Virus record (IMG/VR): IMGVR_UViG_3300021961_000025
Reading direction: 5' to 3' (one strand)
DNA length: 64,000 bases
Source of the DNA: a virus
Below are positions 28,923 to 37,752 of the stretch, piece after piece. Below the pieces are notes generated by a model, which was not told where the DNA came from, made no database searches, and saw only the letters and a program-made list of their open reading frames with translations. The position numbers and the translations under genes are program-made. The number at the start of each line of letters is the position of its first letter. Within the stretch, counting starts at the first letter, position 1.

Positions 28923-29549
28923 ATGAGAAAAAGTTATATACCTGTTGTTGCAAGATATATGTTTAGCAACAAGAAAGTTGAAGACTTTACTGAATGTGAA
29001 AGAATGGTAATTGATTATCATATCGATTGTATTACCTCTCATGGTATGGGTGGTAAAGCAATGGAGAGGTTTAACGATTATAAATTCGGATTTACTGCAT
29101 GGAACGATAAGATTCATGACTTTGATAGTCGCCATCAAGATTCACGTCCAATAGAACAGAAACTCGAAACTGTAAATGATAGTAAAAAATTACAGTTTTG
29201 TGGATCTTTCTTTCCCACACCTAATAGAGTTACTAAATTTCAAGACCAGCAACCTTATATGCTTAATACTGCAGTTTGTGATAAAACTGGTAAAGTATTA
29301 TGGGTTGCACTTACAGATACTAATCTCATACCTGAGGATAGTGAGTTCTGGAAAAATATGTCAGCGAATGCACCACGTATTAGTTTTGCATGCTACAGTC
29401 AATATCCAGAAGCAGTAAACTTTTTGTATGTGAATAAACAGTTGTGTAAGGAATATAAAATGCCTACTCCAGATCGTAAGACAAGAAACTCTTGTATTGC
29501 AACTGACGTCTGGAATCTATTACTTGAAAGGAAGTATGTAAATGCCTAA
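28923..29549 (+). CDS. Hypothetical early protein
   Basis: 208-aa ORF after promoter. Confidence 0.6.
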   Translation: MRKSYIPVVARYMFSNKKVEDFTECERMVIDYHIDCITSHGMGGKAMERFNDYKFGFTAWNDKIHDFDSRHQDSRPIEQKLETVNDSKKLQFCGSFFPTPNRVTKFQDQQPYMLNTAVCDKTGKVLWVALTDTNLIPEDSEFWKNMSANAPRISFACYSQYPEAVNFLYVNKQLCKEYKMPTPDRKTRNSCIATDVWNLLLERKYVNA

Positions 29550-30042
29550 TTGGTGCCAAAATACTTTAAATCTATATCATGAAGATAAAGCAAAGATAGA
29601 CGATTTAGAGAGATTACTTAAAACTGAAAAAGAACCCAAGTTGTTCGAATACCTATATCCAATGCCAAAAGCTGAAGAAGATTGGTACTCTTGGAACGTA
29701 GAAAATTGGGGAACTAAATGGGATGCTTCAATTATTGATAGCGAACGACTAGATGAGAATACAATCAGTATTCAAATGGATACTGCATGGGCACCACCGA
29801 TTGCTTTGTATGATTATCTAGAAGAAAAGGGATGGGGAGTTGATGCTCACTATCTAGAAGAAGGAATGGGATTTGTTGGAAGATACTTTAATGGGGATGA
29901 TGAAGAATTCGAAATCGATTATTCAAAACCCAAAAAAGAATTTCTAAAAGATATCCCACAAGAATGTATCGACCATTGGGGACTTGATACACAATATGAT
30001 GACATGAAGGAGAATGAAGATGACGAACCCAGTATACACTAA
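29542..30042 (+). CDS. DUF1281/Api92-like ferredoxin-fold protein
   Basis: MPNWC.N, NWGTKWD, DTAWAPP, EEGMGF.G. Confidence 0.75.
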   Translation: MPNWCQNTLNLYHEDKAKIDDLERLLKTEKEPKLFEYLYPMPKAEEDWYSWNVENWGTKWDASIIDSERLDENTISIQMDTAWAPPIALYDYLEEKGWGVDAHYLEEGMGFVGRYFNGDDEEFEIDYSKPKKEFLKDIPQECIDHWGLDTQYDDMKENEDDEPSIH

Positions 30043-30283
30043 AGAATATATTAATGGTCTTCTTAACGAAAGTGAGATTACTGTTAAGTTTACAAAGAAG
30101 AGTGGTGAAGAACGTGTAATGCGTTGCACTAAAGTCTTTGATAAAATTCCTGAAGATATGCGACCAAAGGAAGATTCTAAACGTAAGGTATCAGAAGAGT
30201 CAGATGCTATTGCAGTATTTGATTTGGATATTAGTCAGTGGCGATCTTTTAATGTAGGGAATATTTTGGAGGTAACACACTAA
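30020..30283 (+). CDS. WYL_2/SH3-like conserved T4-like protein
   Basis: FTKKSGEERVMRCT..VFDL...WRSF. Confidence 0.75.
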   Translation: MTNPVYTKEYINGLLNESEITVKFTKKSGEERVMRCTKVFDKIPEDMRPKEDSKRKVSEESDAIAVFDLDISQWRSFNVGNILEVTH

Positions 30284-30501
30284 TGGATATTCATCCTAAA
30301 CTAAGGAAGTCTTACAAAGACACTTCTGCATATTTAATCATTTTCTTAATGGTAGTATGTTTTGTTCTATTATTTCCGTATGCAGTGGTATGGTCTTTAA
30401 ATACCCTATTCGGATTAATGATTCCATACACATGGCAAACTTGGCTTGCAGCATTTGTTCTTACATCTGTCGTAAGTGGTTCTATCCACAGGGTAAAATA
30501 A
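30283..30501 (+). CDS. Small membrane protein
   Basis: WSLNTLF..IPYT..TWLAA, two TMs. Confidence 0.6.
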   Translation: MDIHPKLRKSYKDTSAYLIIFLMVVCFVLLFPYAVVWSLNTLFGLMIPYTWQTWLAAFVLTSVVSGSIHRVK

Positions 30502-30504
30502 GTG

Positions 30505-30533
30505 TTGACTTTTTGCATAAACTGTAGTATAAT
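30505..30533 (+). promoter_or_regulatory. Early promoter
   Basis: TTGACT-N17-TATAAT. Confidence 0.85.
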
Positions 30534-30562
30534 AGTCTTGAATTTGAAATTGGAGAACTAAC

Positions 30563-31699
30563 ATGAGTATCGTACAAGATCATGCTGCAATTCGTGCAAA
30601 ACGTAGAGCAAAGAATGCTAAGGTTTTAGCTAAACTGAATAAGACCTCAGCAGAGCCGATTGTTCCAGAAAACGACAAGTCGGCTCTTGGTAATGCACTT
30701 AGTATCTACTCTCGTGATACAAACAGTGCTAAGCAAAAAGAATTTGCTATTGAGTATTTTAAAACTGTTGATCCTACGATCGCTGAAAAACTAGAGACAC
30801 TTGAGGACTGGAACTTTGGAACCTTTGGCTCAGTGTGTCGTTTGAAGCATCGTGGTCAGTGGGTAGATCCTACTAGCGATTTCTTTCCTAGACGTTTGAA
30901 AGAACTTATTGAGCGTGCAGATAAAAAGGCAACTGAGGTTGAAGCCAAACCTGTTGTCGAACAAAAAGTTAAAAAGGTAATAACTGCTGAAGAACGTTAC
31001 AAAGCTGAAGCAAATAAGATCCTCGGAGATTTGGAAGAGGAAGAAGAACTCATTATGGGTTATGGTTATCCTAAGCATGCGTGTAGTAAGGTAAACACCA
31101 AAGGACTAAAAACTGCTCGTCCTCAGGTGGCTAAACTTATTCGTGACTGGATTGAACCACGTCTTAACGAAATGAAAGAGGCAGTAGCTGGTCTAGATGA
31201 GCAACTTGTTGAGGGTTATGCTCATATGGATGCTCGTCAAAAGGGTAATTATATTAACTGGCTAGAACTAGCATTGGGTATGGTCAAGACTGCTGAGAAG
31301 TCAGAATTCCGTATTCGTGCTCGTAAACCTCAGAAACCAGAGAAGATCGTTAAGCGATTTAAATACCTCAAAGAACATACAGAACTTAAACTTACTTCTG
31401 AGAACGCAACATCAATTGTTGAAGCAACTCAAGTGGTACTGTATAATACTAAAAATCGAAGAGTGGATCTTTACATTGCTGCAGAGGGTAAGTCACTTTC
31501 TGTTAAGGGATCCTCTATTATTAACTACGATGCAACTAAATCACTACGTAAGGTAGTGCGTAAACCAGAACTCTTGGTCTCAATACCAAAGGGTAAGGTA
31601 TCAATAAGACAATGGTTTGATGCTTTGACCACTAAACCAATTGAGTGTAATGGACGATCCTCTGCGGATACCATTATCCTCTCAACAACTAGGATGTAA
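30563..31699 (+). CDS. Conserved T4-like hypothetical protein
   Basis: DEQLVEGY, YNTK.R, VKGSSI, LRK.VRKPE, NGR motifs. Confidence 0.65.
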   Translation: MSIVQDHAAIRAKRRAKNAKVLAKLNKTSAEPIVPENDKSALGNALSIYSRDTNSAKQKEFAIEYFKTVDPTIAEKLETLEDWNFGTFGSVCRLKHRGQWVDPTSDFFPRRLKELIERADKKATEVEAKPVVEQKVKKVITAEERYKAEANKILGDLEEEEELIMGYGYPKHACSKVNTKGLKTARPQVAKLIRDWIEPRLNEMKEAVAGLDEQLVEGYAHMDARQKGNYINWLELALGMVKTAEKSEFRIRARKPQKPEKIVKRFKYLKEHTELKLTSENATSIVEATQVVLYNTKNRRVDLYIAAEGKSLSVKGSSIINYDATKSLRKVVRKPELLVSIPKGKVSIRQWFDALTTKPIECNGRSSADTIILSTTRM

Positions 31700-31702
31700 A
31701 TT

Positions 31703-32575
31703 ATGATATTGATTGATTATTCACAAGTGGCATTAGCGAACATTTTGTCATTCAAACACGAACTGAAAGGCGATGAGACTACTCTTAAGAATCTTATTCG
31801 TCATACTGTTTTGTCAACACTCAAGTACTACAAGAAACGATATGGTGCTGAGTATGGCGAAATGGTAATTTGTGCAGATGGTCGTCACTACTGGCGACGA
31901 GATGAGTTTAAATTCTATAAAGCACATCGTAAGAAAGTACGAGAAGATTCTGATCTTAACTGGAATCTAATCTTTGATACATTGTCTGAGATTCGAGACG
32001 ATTTAGCTAATCATTTTCCTTACAAGGTTATTCATCTTGATAAGGCAGAGGCAGACGACATCGTTGGTGTTCTTGTTAAGATGACTAATGAGTTTGGAGA
32101 ATTCCAACAGAATATGATTATCAGTAGCGACAAAGACTTTAAACAGCTACAAAAGTATGGTAATGTAAAACAGTTTTCACCTATGCAAAAGAAAAGCGTA
32201 GTGTTGAAACAAAACGAATATGATACGTTTCTGATTGAGCATATTGTAAGAGGGGATCCAGGAGATGGTATTCCTAACATTTTATCGGAAGACGATATCA
32301 TTATGCAAGAGGGTGCAAGACAGCGACCAATTACACAAAAGATTCTTAAACGATTTTTTGCGAAGGGACGTGATGCTTGTGAAACTGAAGAAGAACGTAC
32401 TCGTTGGGATCGTAATGAACAACTAGTAGATCTTAATAAGATTCCTGAAGAGATCGAAAAGAACATCTTATCTCAGTACCTAAATAATAAACCAAAGGGT
32501 GACAAAATGTCTGTATATAATTATCTTATACAGAATCGTTGTCGTTTGTTACTTGACGAGATTGAGGAGTTTTAA
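31703..32575 (+). CDS. rnh: T4-type RNase H / 5'-3' exonuclease
   Basis: LID, YWR..YKAHR, EADD, SSDKDF.QL, GD.GDGIPN. Confidence 0.93.
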   Translation: MILIDYSQVALANILSFKHELKGDETTLKNLIRHTVLSTLKYYKKRYGAEYGEMVICADGRHYWRRDEFKFYKAHRKKVREDSDLNWNLIFDTLSEIRDDLANHFPYKVIHLDKAEADDIVGVLVKMTNEFGEFQQNMIISSDKDFKQLQKYGNVKQFSPMQKKSVVLKQNEYDTFLIEHIVRGDPGDGIPNILSEDDIIMQEGARQRPITQKILKRFFAKGRDACETEEERTRWDRNEQLVDLNKIPEEIEKNILSQYLNNKPKGDKMSVYNYLIQNRCRLLLDEIEEF

Positions 32576-32691
32576 TGGGCGATGGTGGAAAAGGAAGTAA
32601 ACCAAGACCGATTCCAGATCCTCAAAAGTTTGAAGAGAACTGGGACAGAATCTTCGGCAAGAAACCGAAAAAGATAATGGAGATACTATGA
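32575..32691 (+). CDS. Small conserved phage peptide (not in ORF track)
   Basis: MGDGGKGSKPRP..FEENWDRIF, GAGGAG RBS. Confidence 0.65.
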   Translation: MGDGGKGSKPRPIPDPQKFEENWDRIFGKKPKKIMEIL

Positions 32692-33074
32692 GAAAAGAAG
32701 CATGGGAAATACTAGAAGATATCAATAAAGATAATTCTGCTATTTCTAAATATAAAGAAAACACTATGTTGAAGTTGTTGCTACAAAATAACTTCGTTGA
32801 AGAAAACAAATGGCTACTGCCAGAGGGAAATCCTCCATACAAATCATCTGTTGAACCAGAGGGTATGGCACCAAACAATCTCTATATGGAATGTGGTCGT
32901 TTTTATGTTTTCCGTAGACAGGATTTGAAACCTGTAAGACGTGAAACAATTTTTATTGGAATGTTAGAGTCAGTTGATCCTAAAGAGGCAAAGATTTTGC
33001 TAGCAGTTAAAGATCAACAGTTAAGTAAACTCTATCCAAACATAACTAAAGAGGCAGTAAAGGAACTATTATAA
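32688..33074 (+). CDS. Conserved T4-like protein (DUF6433-like)
   Basis: LPEG.PPY, RRET.FI.MLE..DP.EA..L..VKD. Confidence 0.65.
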   Translation: MRKEAWEILEDINKDNSAISKYKENTMLKLLLQNNFVEENKWLLPEGNPPYKSSVEPEGMAPNNLYMECGRFYVFRRQDLKPVRRETIFIGMLESVDPKEAKILLAVKDQQLSKLYPNITKEAVKELL

Positions 33075-33076
33075 GT

Positions 33077-33283
33077 ATGCTGCACAAAGTCTCTGAATTC
33101 GTAGAACAAGTTAGAGCAATGAGTAAGTTGGCTGATCGATTGGAAGATTTGAAATATAATCAACCAAAGTCACCAGCACGAGATCTTCTTGTTGACGATC
33201 TAATTGCTCAAATAAAATACCTTGCTTTACTAATTCACAAAGACAATCAACCTTACGAGAAAAATAAAAATGAAGATTTGTAA
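33077..33283 (+). CDS. Hypothetical protein
   Basis: ORF in operon. Confidence 0.5.
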   Translation: MLHKVSEFVEQVRAMSKLADRLEDLKYNQPKSPARDLLVDDLIAQIKYLALLIHKDNQPYEKNKNEDL

Positions 33284-33512
33284 TCTAAAAGAAAAGGCAA
33301 CTGATCGCTTATTTCCTGCAGAGGTACGTCAGTGGGACAATGATAAGTTAGTTACTGTTCATCGTGGCTGGGATGATCCTCACCTTGTTGTGCAAGAATT
33401 TACCGAGTATAATGATGGTCAGTGGGAGAACGCAGAGTTTGTTGCGAACGTTGCAACTCCTGCCGAAGAAGAAAAAAAAGAAAAGCTAATTAAAATTTAT
33501 AAGAATCAATAA
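33270..33512 (+). CDS. Hypothetical protein
   Basis: ORF in operon. Confidence 0.5.
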   Translation: MKICNLKEKATDRLFPAEVRQWDNDKLVTVHRGWDDPHLVVQEFTEYNDGQWENAEFVANVATPAEEEKKEKLIKIYKNQ

Positions 33513-33591
33513 TGATTATTGCGATACTAACTTATGTAGCTTTATTGCTACCAGCAGTCGTACTGCTGTATAAATGGAACAATGAGAAACT

Positions 33592-34029
33592 ATGAATGAT
33601 AATGTAATTACTTTACACGAAACACCAGTCCACAAGTTTGCGACGATGCGTGATCAGAAACTACTTTTTGAAATGAATGGTTTTCTATTTCGTACCACTG
33701 TTGATAAAATTGACGAAGTCCTACCCAACGACATTCAACGTTACTGCGTCAATCACGTACTTTATATGATGGACTGTCATCGTCAAGATGCGTTCGATGC
33801 AGACATGCCTATGCATATTGTGCAAATGAATAATACTGCAACTATCCACGGATCTCGTGTAGATATCGATGTTAAACTAGAGGACGAAACCGAACTACCA
33901 TCCTACATGGCTAAGGGTGTAAAAGGAACTTCTTGGTCTATTCATAACAATCCTGATCAAAACGAAGAGTCCATTAAGAAGATTAATTATGGCTCTATCA
34001 TTCACAATCTTACCGACTGCGAGGGGTAG
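33592..34029 (+). CDS. Hypothetical protein
   Basis: 145-aa ORF. Confidence 0.55.
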   Translation: MNDNVITLHETPVHKFATMRDQKLLFEMNGFLFRTTVDKIDEVLPNDIQRYCVNHVLYMMDCHRQDAFDADMPMHIVQMNNTATIHGSRVDIDVKLEDETELPSYMAKGVKGTSWSIHNNPDQNEESIKKINYGSIIHNLTDCEG

Positions 34030-34109
34030 TAGTTGGGGTTCCCCATCCCTCTAATCCCTCTCTCCACGTCTCTAAAGCGTTCCTAAGGGCACTTTTAAGG
34101 GTGTTTTAA

Positions 34110-34274
34110 ATGACTAGAAAAGAAGAATTTGAGTTTTGGTATGATCGGTGTTTCTTGCAAAACCCTAGTCTGTGGGAGGCATGGCAAGCAGGGTATAAAC
34201 AGGGTCGAAATAATGCCTTTGCAAGGAAAGATTGCCCACCAGAGATTTTCACTATTCCTAAAAAAGACAAATAA
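34110..34274 (+). CDS. Small phage protein (not in ORF track)
   Basis: MTRKEEFEFWY..WEAWQAG, 54 aa. Confidence 0.55.
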   Translation: MTRKEEFEFWYDRCFLQNPSLWEAWQAGYKQGRNNAFARKDCPPEIFTIPKKDK

Positions 34275-34323
34275 ACTGTTGATTTTACAGGCAAAAAAAG
34301 TTTCAAAAAAGTGAAAATAAGTG

Positions 34324-34352
34324 TTGACTTCTTGCAAGAAATATGCTATAAT
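34324..34352 (+). promoter_or_regulatory. Early promoter with upstream IHF-like site (34272-34284)
   Basis: TTGACT-N17-TATAAT; TAAACTGTTGATT matches YAANNNNTTGATW. Confidence 0.85.
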
Positions 34353-34358
34353 AGGTGT

Positions 34359-34661
34359 ATGAAAATTGAAAAAGAAGGAAATATTATGATTAGTTATGCA
34401 ACCTTTGATCCTGATAAGGATTACCCACCTACTACATTCTGTAAGTCTCTATGCGAGAAAGCAAATCTTGCATGGAAAGCGTATGCCGATGGCGAGATCG
34501 TTTCGGTCTATGCTGACGTAGAGTGTATGGGTACACCATACCAAGTTTCTGATTACTTTGCAAATCTTTGCACTGATGAGGAAAAACAAGATCCAAACTA
34601 TAACGATATCCTTGACGATATCGAATTGTTTGTTGACGAAAATAACGCAAGTTTGAACTAG
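34359..34661 (+). CDS. Hypothetical early protein (start 34359 or 34386)
   Basis: ORF after promoter. Confidence 0.6.
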   Translation: MKIEKEGNIMISYATFDPDKDYPPTTFCKSLCEKANLAWKAYADGEIVSVYADVECMGTPYQVSDYFANLCTDEEKQDPNYNDILDDIELFVDENNASLN

Positions 34662-34671
34662 GAGATACATT

Positions 34672-34884
34672 ATGAAATACGTTGCTTATATTTTTATTAT
34701 TGGTGGTTTGTTTACTGTTATGGGTGCTGTTGGAAACGATGATTTCCACCACATTGAGTTAGTTAAGGCTGGTGAATTTGTTGCAGAAGAAGCACCAAGT
34801 TTATTTCAAACTTTAATGCTTTCTGTGTCAGGTTTGTTAGCTATGGGAATCGGTGCTTTACTTTTAAATAAAACGGAGGCATAA
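34672..34884 (+). CDS. Small two-TM protein
   Basis: GGAG RBS, GAVG.DD motif. Confidence 0.6.
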   Translation: MKYVAYIFIIGGLFTVMGAVGNDDFHHIELVKAGEFVAEEAPSLFQTLMLSVSGLLAMGIGALLLNKTEA

Positions 34885-35069
34885 TGCATAGCGAGGACAT
34901 TAAACGAGCAAGAGAGATGGGTTGGAAACCTAACAATGATCCTTATTCAAAGAAACCGCAAACTGCAAAACTTGCTCCTGCAGAAGAATTGCAAGAGAAC
35001 GAAGAATTACAAAAACAGTACGAGATGATGTCTCGATTGGCAGATGAAGAGTATCAGGGAGGATACTAA
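34884..35069 (+). CDS. Hypothetical protein
   Basis: GGAGG RBS, coupled start. Confidence 0.55.
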   Translation: MHSEDIKRAREMGWKPNNDPYSKKPQTAKLAPAEELQENEELQKQYEMMSRLADEEYQGGY

Positions 35070-35083
35070 AGTGAAGAAAGTGC

Positions 35084-35112
35084 TTGACTTTTATAAAAAT
35101 TTCGAGTATAAT
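35084..35112 (+). promoter_or_regulatory. Early promoter
   Basis: TTGACT-N17-TATAAT. Confidence 0.8.
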
Positions 35113-35137
35113 AACAAGGTAACAAAAGAGGTATATT

Positions 35138-35311
35138 ATGGCTAAAGTGAAAAGTTGGTTGATGGATTTGGAAGATGATGCTACTTATATGAGCAAGTCT
35201 GAATTCGTTAAGACGCATGGTGAAAGATACGCAGATATCTGGGAAAGGGTTAATTATGAAATGTTAAATGATGAACCTTATTTCGATGAAAGTGATCGAG
35301 CACCTTTGTGA
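35138..35311 (+). CDS. Small phage protein (not in ORF track)
   Basis: GAGG RBS; MAKVKSWLMDLEDDA.., 57 aa. Confidence 0.6.
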   Translation: MAKVKSWLMDLEDDATYMSKSEFVKTHGERYADIWERVNYEMLNDEPYFDESDRAPL

Positions 35312-35730
35312 TGCAGTCTAAATTTCAACAACTGTTTATGAAATTTGCAGAAGAAACTGCTAAAGTCTCTTCTGCTACGAAACTGCAAGTTGGTGCAGTT
35401 ATAGTGAAGAACAATCGAGTTATTTCGATTGGATACAATGGTACTCCTGCTGGATGGGATAACGTTTGCGAGGATGCTGATGGTCACACTAAATCTGAGG
35501 TAATGCATGCTGAAGAGAATGCGATACTTAAACTTGCTAGAGATGGCGAGTCTGGTTTAGGAAGTTGGATGTTTTTAACCCACGCACCTTGCATACATTG
35601 TGCGAGAATGATACATGGAGTAGGAATAAATACTATTGTTTATGGACAAAAATACAAAAACGACGAAGGACTGGAATTTCTGGAAAAGTCAAATATACCG
35701 ACTTTCCACTTCCAACAATCTCATTCTTAG
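35311..35730 (+). CDS. dCMP deaminase
   Basis: VGAVIV..IGYNG.P, HAEENAI, PCIHC. Confidence 0.9.
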   Translation: MQSKFQQLFMKFAEETAKVSSATKLQVGAVIVKNNRVISIGYNGTPAGWDNVCEDADGHTKSEVMHAEENAILKLARDGESGLGSWMFLTHAPCIHCARMIHGVGINTIVYGQKYKNDEGLEFLEKSNIPTFHFQQSHS

Positions 35731-36457
35731 AATAGGCTACTATGGATTTCTTCATGCTCTTGCTCTTTATGGGATTATTAGTTGGGGGAGTTTGGGGTTT
35801 GTGGCGACTGCTCTCGGAATTTGGTTTGTGGGGGGGATTGCTGTTAGTGTTTATGTCCATCGTGGTTTGGCTCATGGAGTCGTTCAATTTCATCCAGTAA
35901 TAGAGTATATACTTTTAATTTTCTCAATAGGTAGTGGCATAGGTACACCAGTAGGATGGGCAGCAATCCATCGAATGCATCACGAATATTTGGACACGGA
36001 TCAAGATCCACATAGTCCTTGGCGTATAGGTTTTTGGAGAAGTTATTTTCATTTATGGAACTGGGAGGCAAAAGATGTGCCTTACCGAATGGCAAAAGGT
36101 TTGATTAGTAACAAACGTGCTATGATGTTTCATAATTGGGCAGTACCAATTCTAATTCTATTTTGGATTGGTTGTTTTAGTTTCGGTATGTGGTTTGCCA
36201 CTGCAGCAGCATTAGGTGCAGCATTTGGTGTTCACGGAATGGGATTAACAAATGCTTTTAGTCATCATGGCAAAGAGCGAAAAGAGATTCGAGATTTACC
36301 GAAGTGGTTATCTTGGGTTAACGTAGGTGAAGGACAGCACGAATATCATCATGCTCGTCCATGGGATTATAGTTTCGGAAAAGGGTACTCTGATATCGGT
36401 GCAAGATTTGTTGAGGTATTAGAGAAATTGGGTTTGGCTACTATCAAAAGGAAATGA
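35642..36457 (+). CDS. Membrane fatty-acid (delta-9-type) desaturase; start uncertain
   Basis: His boxes HRGLAH, HRMHH..DT..DPHSP, GEG.HEYHH; TM helices. Confidence 0.9.
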   Translation: MDKNTKTTKDWNFWKSQIYRLSTSNNLILRIGYYGFLHALALYGIISWGSLGFVATALGIWFVGGIAVSVYVHRGLAHGVVQFHPVIEYILLIFSIGSGIGTPVGWAAIHRMHHEYLDTDQDPHSPWRIGFWRSYFHLWNWEAKDVPYRMAKGLISNKRAMMFHNWAVPILILFWIGCFSFGMWFATAAALGAAFGVHGMGLTNAFSHHGKERKEIRDLPKWLSWVNVGEGQHEYHHARPWDYSFGKGYSDIGARFVEVLEKLGLATIKRK

Positions 36458-36465
36458 TATCCAGT

Positions 36466-36542
36466 GCGAGCATAGCCCAATCGGTAGAGGCAACAGACTT
36501 AAAATCTGTACAGTGTGGGTTCGAATCCCACTGCTCGTACCA
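36466..36542 (+). tRNA. tRNA-Leu(TAA)
   Basis: Cloverleaf GCGAGCA/TGCTCGT, anticodon loop CT-TAA-AA, TTCGAAT, encoded CCA. Confidence 0.9.
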
Positions 36543-36544
36543 TA

Positions 36545-36621
36545 GTCCCTTTAGTTCAGTTGGATAGAACAACAGTCTTCTAAACTGTAGGTCGCAGGTT
36601 CGAATCCTGCAGGGGACGCCA
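36545..36621 (+). tRNA. tRNA-Arg(TCT)
   Basis: GTCCCTT/GGGGAC acceptor, CT-TCT-AA loop, encoded CCA. Confidence 0.92.
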
Positions 36622-36650
36622 TTTACTAAATAACAGATTAAGGAGAAATT

Positions 36651-36947
36651 ATGATCAAAAAAACATTGCTAAAGAATGATGATTATTCTCTGACTGTTAG
36701 TGTTTCTCGTACTATACCATCGGACTTGTATGAAGTTAAGTTTATTCAACAATACGAACTAGACGAGAGAATGAATACTTGCGACAGATTCTTTTTGACT
36801 AAAGAGAGTCTTGCCACTTTAAAAGAAGCATTAAACGTTGAAGAATTATATAACCCAAAATGTGAAGTGTGTGGGTTTATCAACAACATGGAGAAAGAAC
36901 CTCCTGTTATAATCTGTTCTTCATGCGGAAATATGCTTAAAAAATGA
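36651..36947 (+). CDS. Hypothetical protein with C-terminal zinc ribbon
   Basis: AAGGAG RBS; CEVCG..CSSCG. Confidence 0.55.
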   Translation: MIKKTLLKNDDYSLTVSVSRTIPSDLYEVKFIQQYELDERMNTCDRFFLTKESLATLKEALNVEELYNPKCEVCGFINNMEKEPPVIICSSCGNMLKK

Positions 36948-37067
36948 GTTTTGGACGAGATCCATTTAAAGAACCAGACAAGGAAGTTAAGGGAATAGAA
37001 CCATTATTATTCGTAATGTTGTTTCTTTTTCTATGGTTATTACTTTCTTATTTGACTAAATAATATT

Positions 37068-37116
37068 ACACGTTCATCTCGAAAGAGACGGAAGTAAGCG
37101 AATGCTGAAGGAACGC
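37068..37116 (+). ncRNA. Glutamine riboswitch (glnA RNA motif)
   Basis: CGTTCA-TCTC GAAA GAGA-CGGAAGTA-AGC GAAT GCT-GAAG-GAACG: three-way junction with E-loop. Confidence 0.85.
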
Positions 37117-37140
37117 ACCCAACTAAACTAAGGAGGGTGT

Positions 37141-37332
37141 ATGGAAAGATTTACACATCTCTTAAAGTCTTACAGCGAGATCGCCGAAAAGCGTAAAAAA
37201 GATAAATTGTTATTTGCTGCAAGAAAAGAGATTGAGATAAATGGGAATGGTACCTCTGGATATATGATAAAACATGGTCCAAATAAAGGTAAAGTTCTAC
37301 AACATATTTCTATTAAAAAAAGAGATATATAA
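37141..37332 (+). CDS. Small basic protein under glutamine riboswitch
   Basis: AAGGAGG RBS just 3' of aptamer. Confidence 0.7.
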   Translation: MERFTHLLKSYSEIAEKRKKDKLLFAARKEIEINGNGTSGYMIKHGPNKGKVLQHISIKKRDI

Positions 37333-37350
37333 TTTATTTCTTGCAAATGC

Positions 37351-37379
37351 TTGACTAATTCTTCAAGTTGTAGTATAAT
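37351..37379 (+). promoter_or_regulatory. Early promoter
   Basis: TTGACT-N17-TATAAT, followed by ORF-free structured region. Confidence 0.8.
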
Positions 37380-37380
37380 G

Positions 37381-37590
37381 TATAACCTAAATGATGGTTA
37401 TATACTAACTTGAGTTGAAGAGATTCTACCAGACGATGACAAACATCGTTGATCATTGACGATGCTTATACGCATCATGAGATCTCTCGTTCTGAGATTG
37501 GTAGGTGTGGTGGAGACGAATACCACTTGAATATAAACGTCAAAGGAGTGGGGTGCGCATACTCGTCCGATTGACATTCACGCACACTTT
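37381..37590 (+). ncRNA. Putative structured ncRNA of unknown class
   Basis: Own promoter, no + strand ORF, several nested hairpins (see findings). Confidence 0.5.
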
Positions 37591-37645
37591 CTTTGCAACT
37601 AATCTTAAAGTATAATAATCCATATAAGACTACGGAGTGTTTTCT

Positions 37646-37721
37646 TCGCTCGTAGCTCAGTGGATAGAGCACTTGTCTACGGAACAAGGGGTCGCACGTT
37701 CGAATCGTGCCGAGCGAGCCA
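37646..37721 (+). tRNA. tRNA-Arg(ACG)
   Basis: TCGCTCG/CGAGCGA acceptor, CT-ACG-GA loop, TTCGAAT, encoded CCA. Confidence 0.92.
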
Positions 37722-37752
37722 AGAAAACACTTCAGACAAGATAGGTGACAAC

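Noticed and set aside
34021-34110. G/C-skewed hairpin-rich spacer as replication origin
   Set aside because: Only short hairpins and no iterons; most of the apparent gap is filled by a small ORF at 34110-34274
37660-37752. N-terminal part of track ORF 37660..38208 and antisense ORF 37475..37687
   Set aside because: They overlap tRNA-Arg(ACG); the real deaminase must start after 37721
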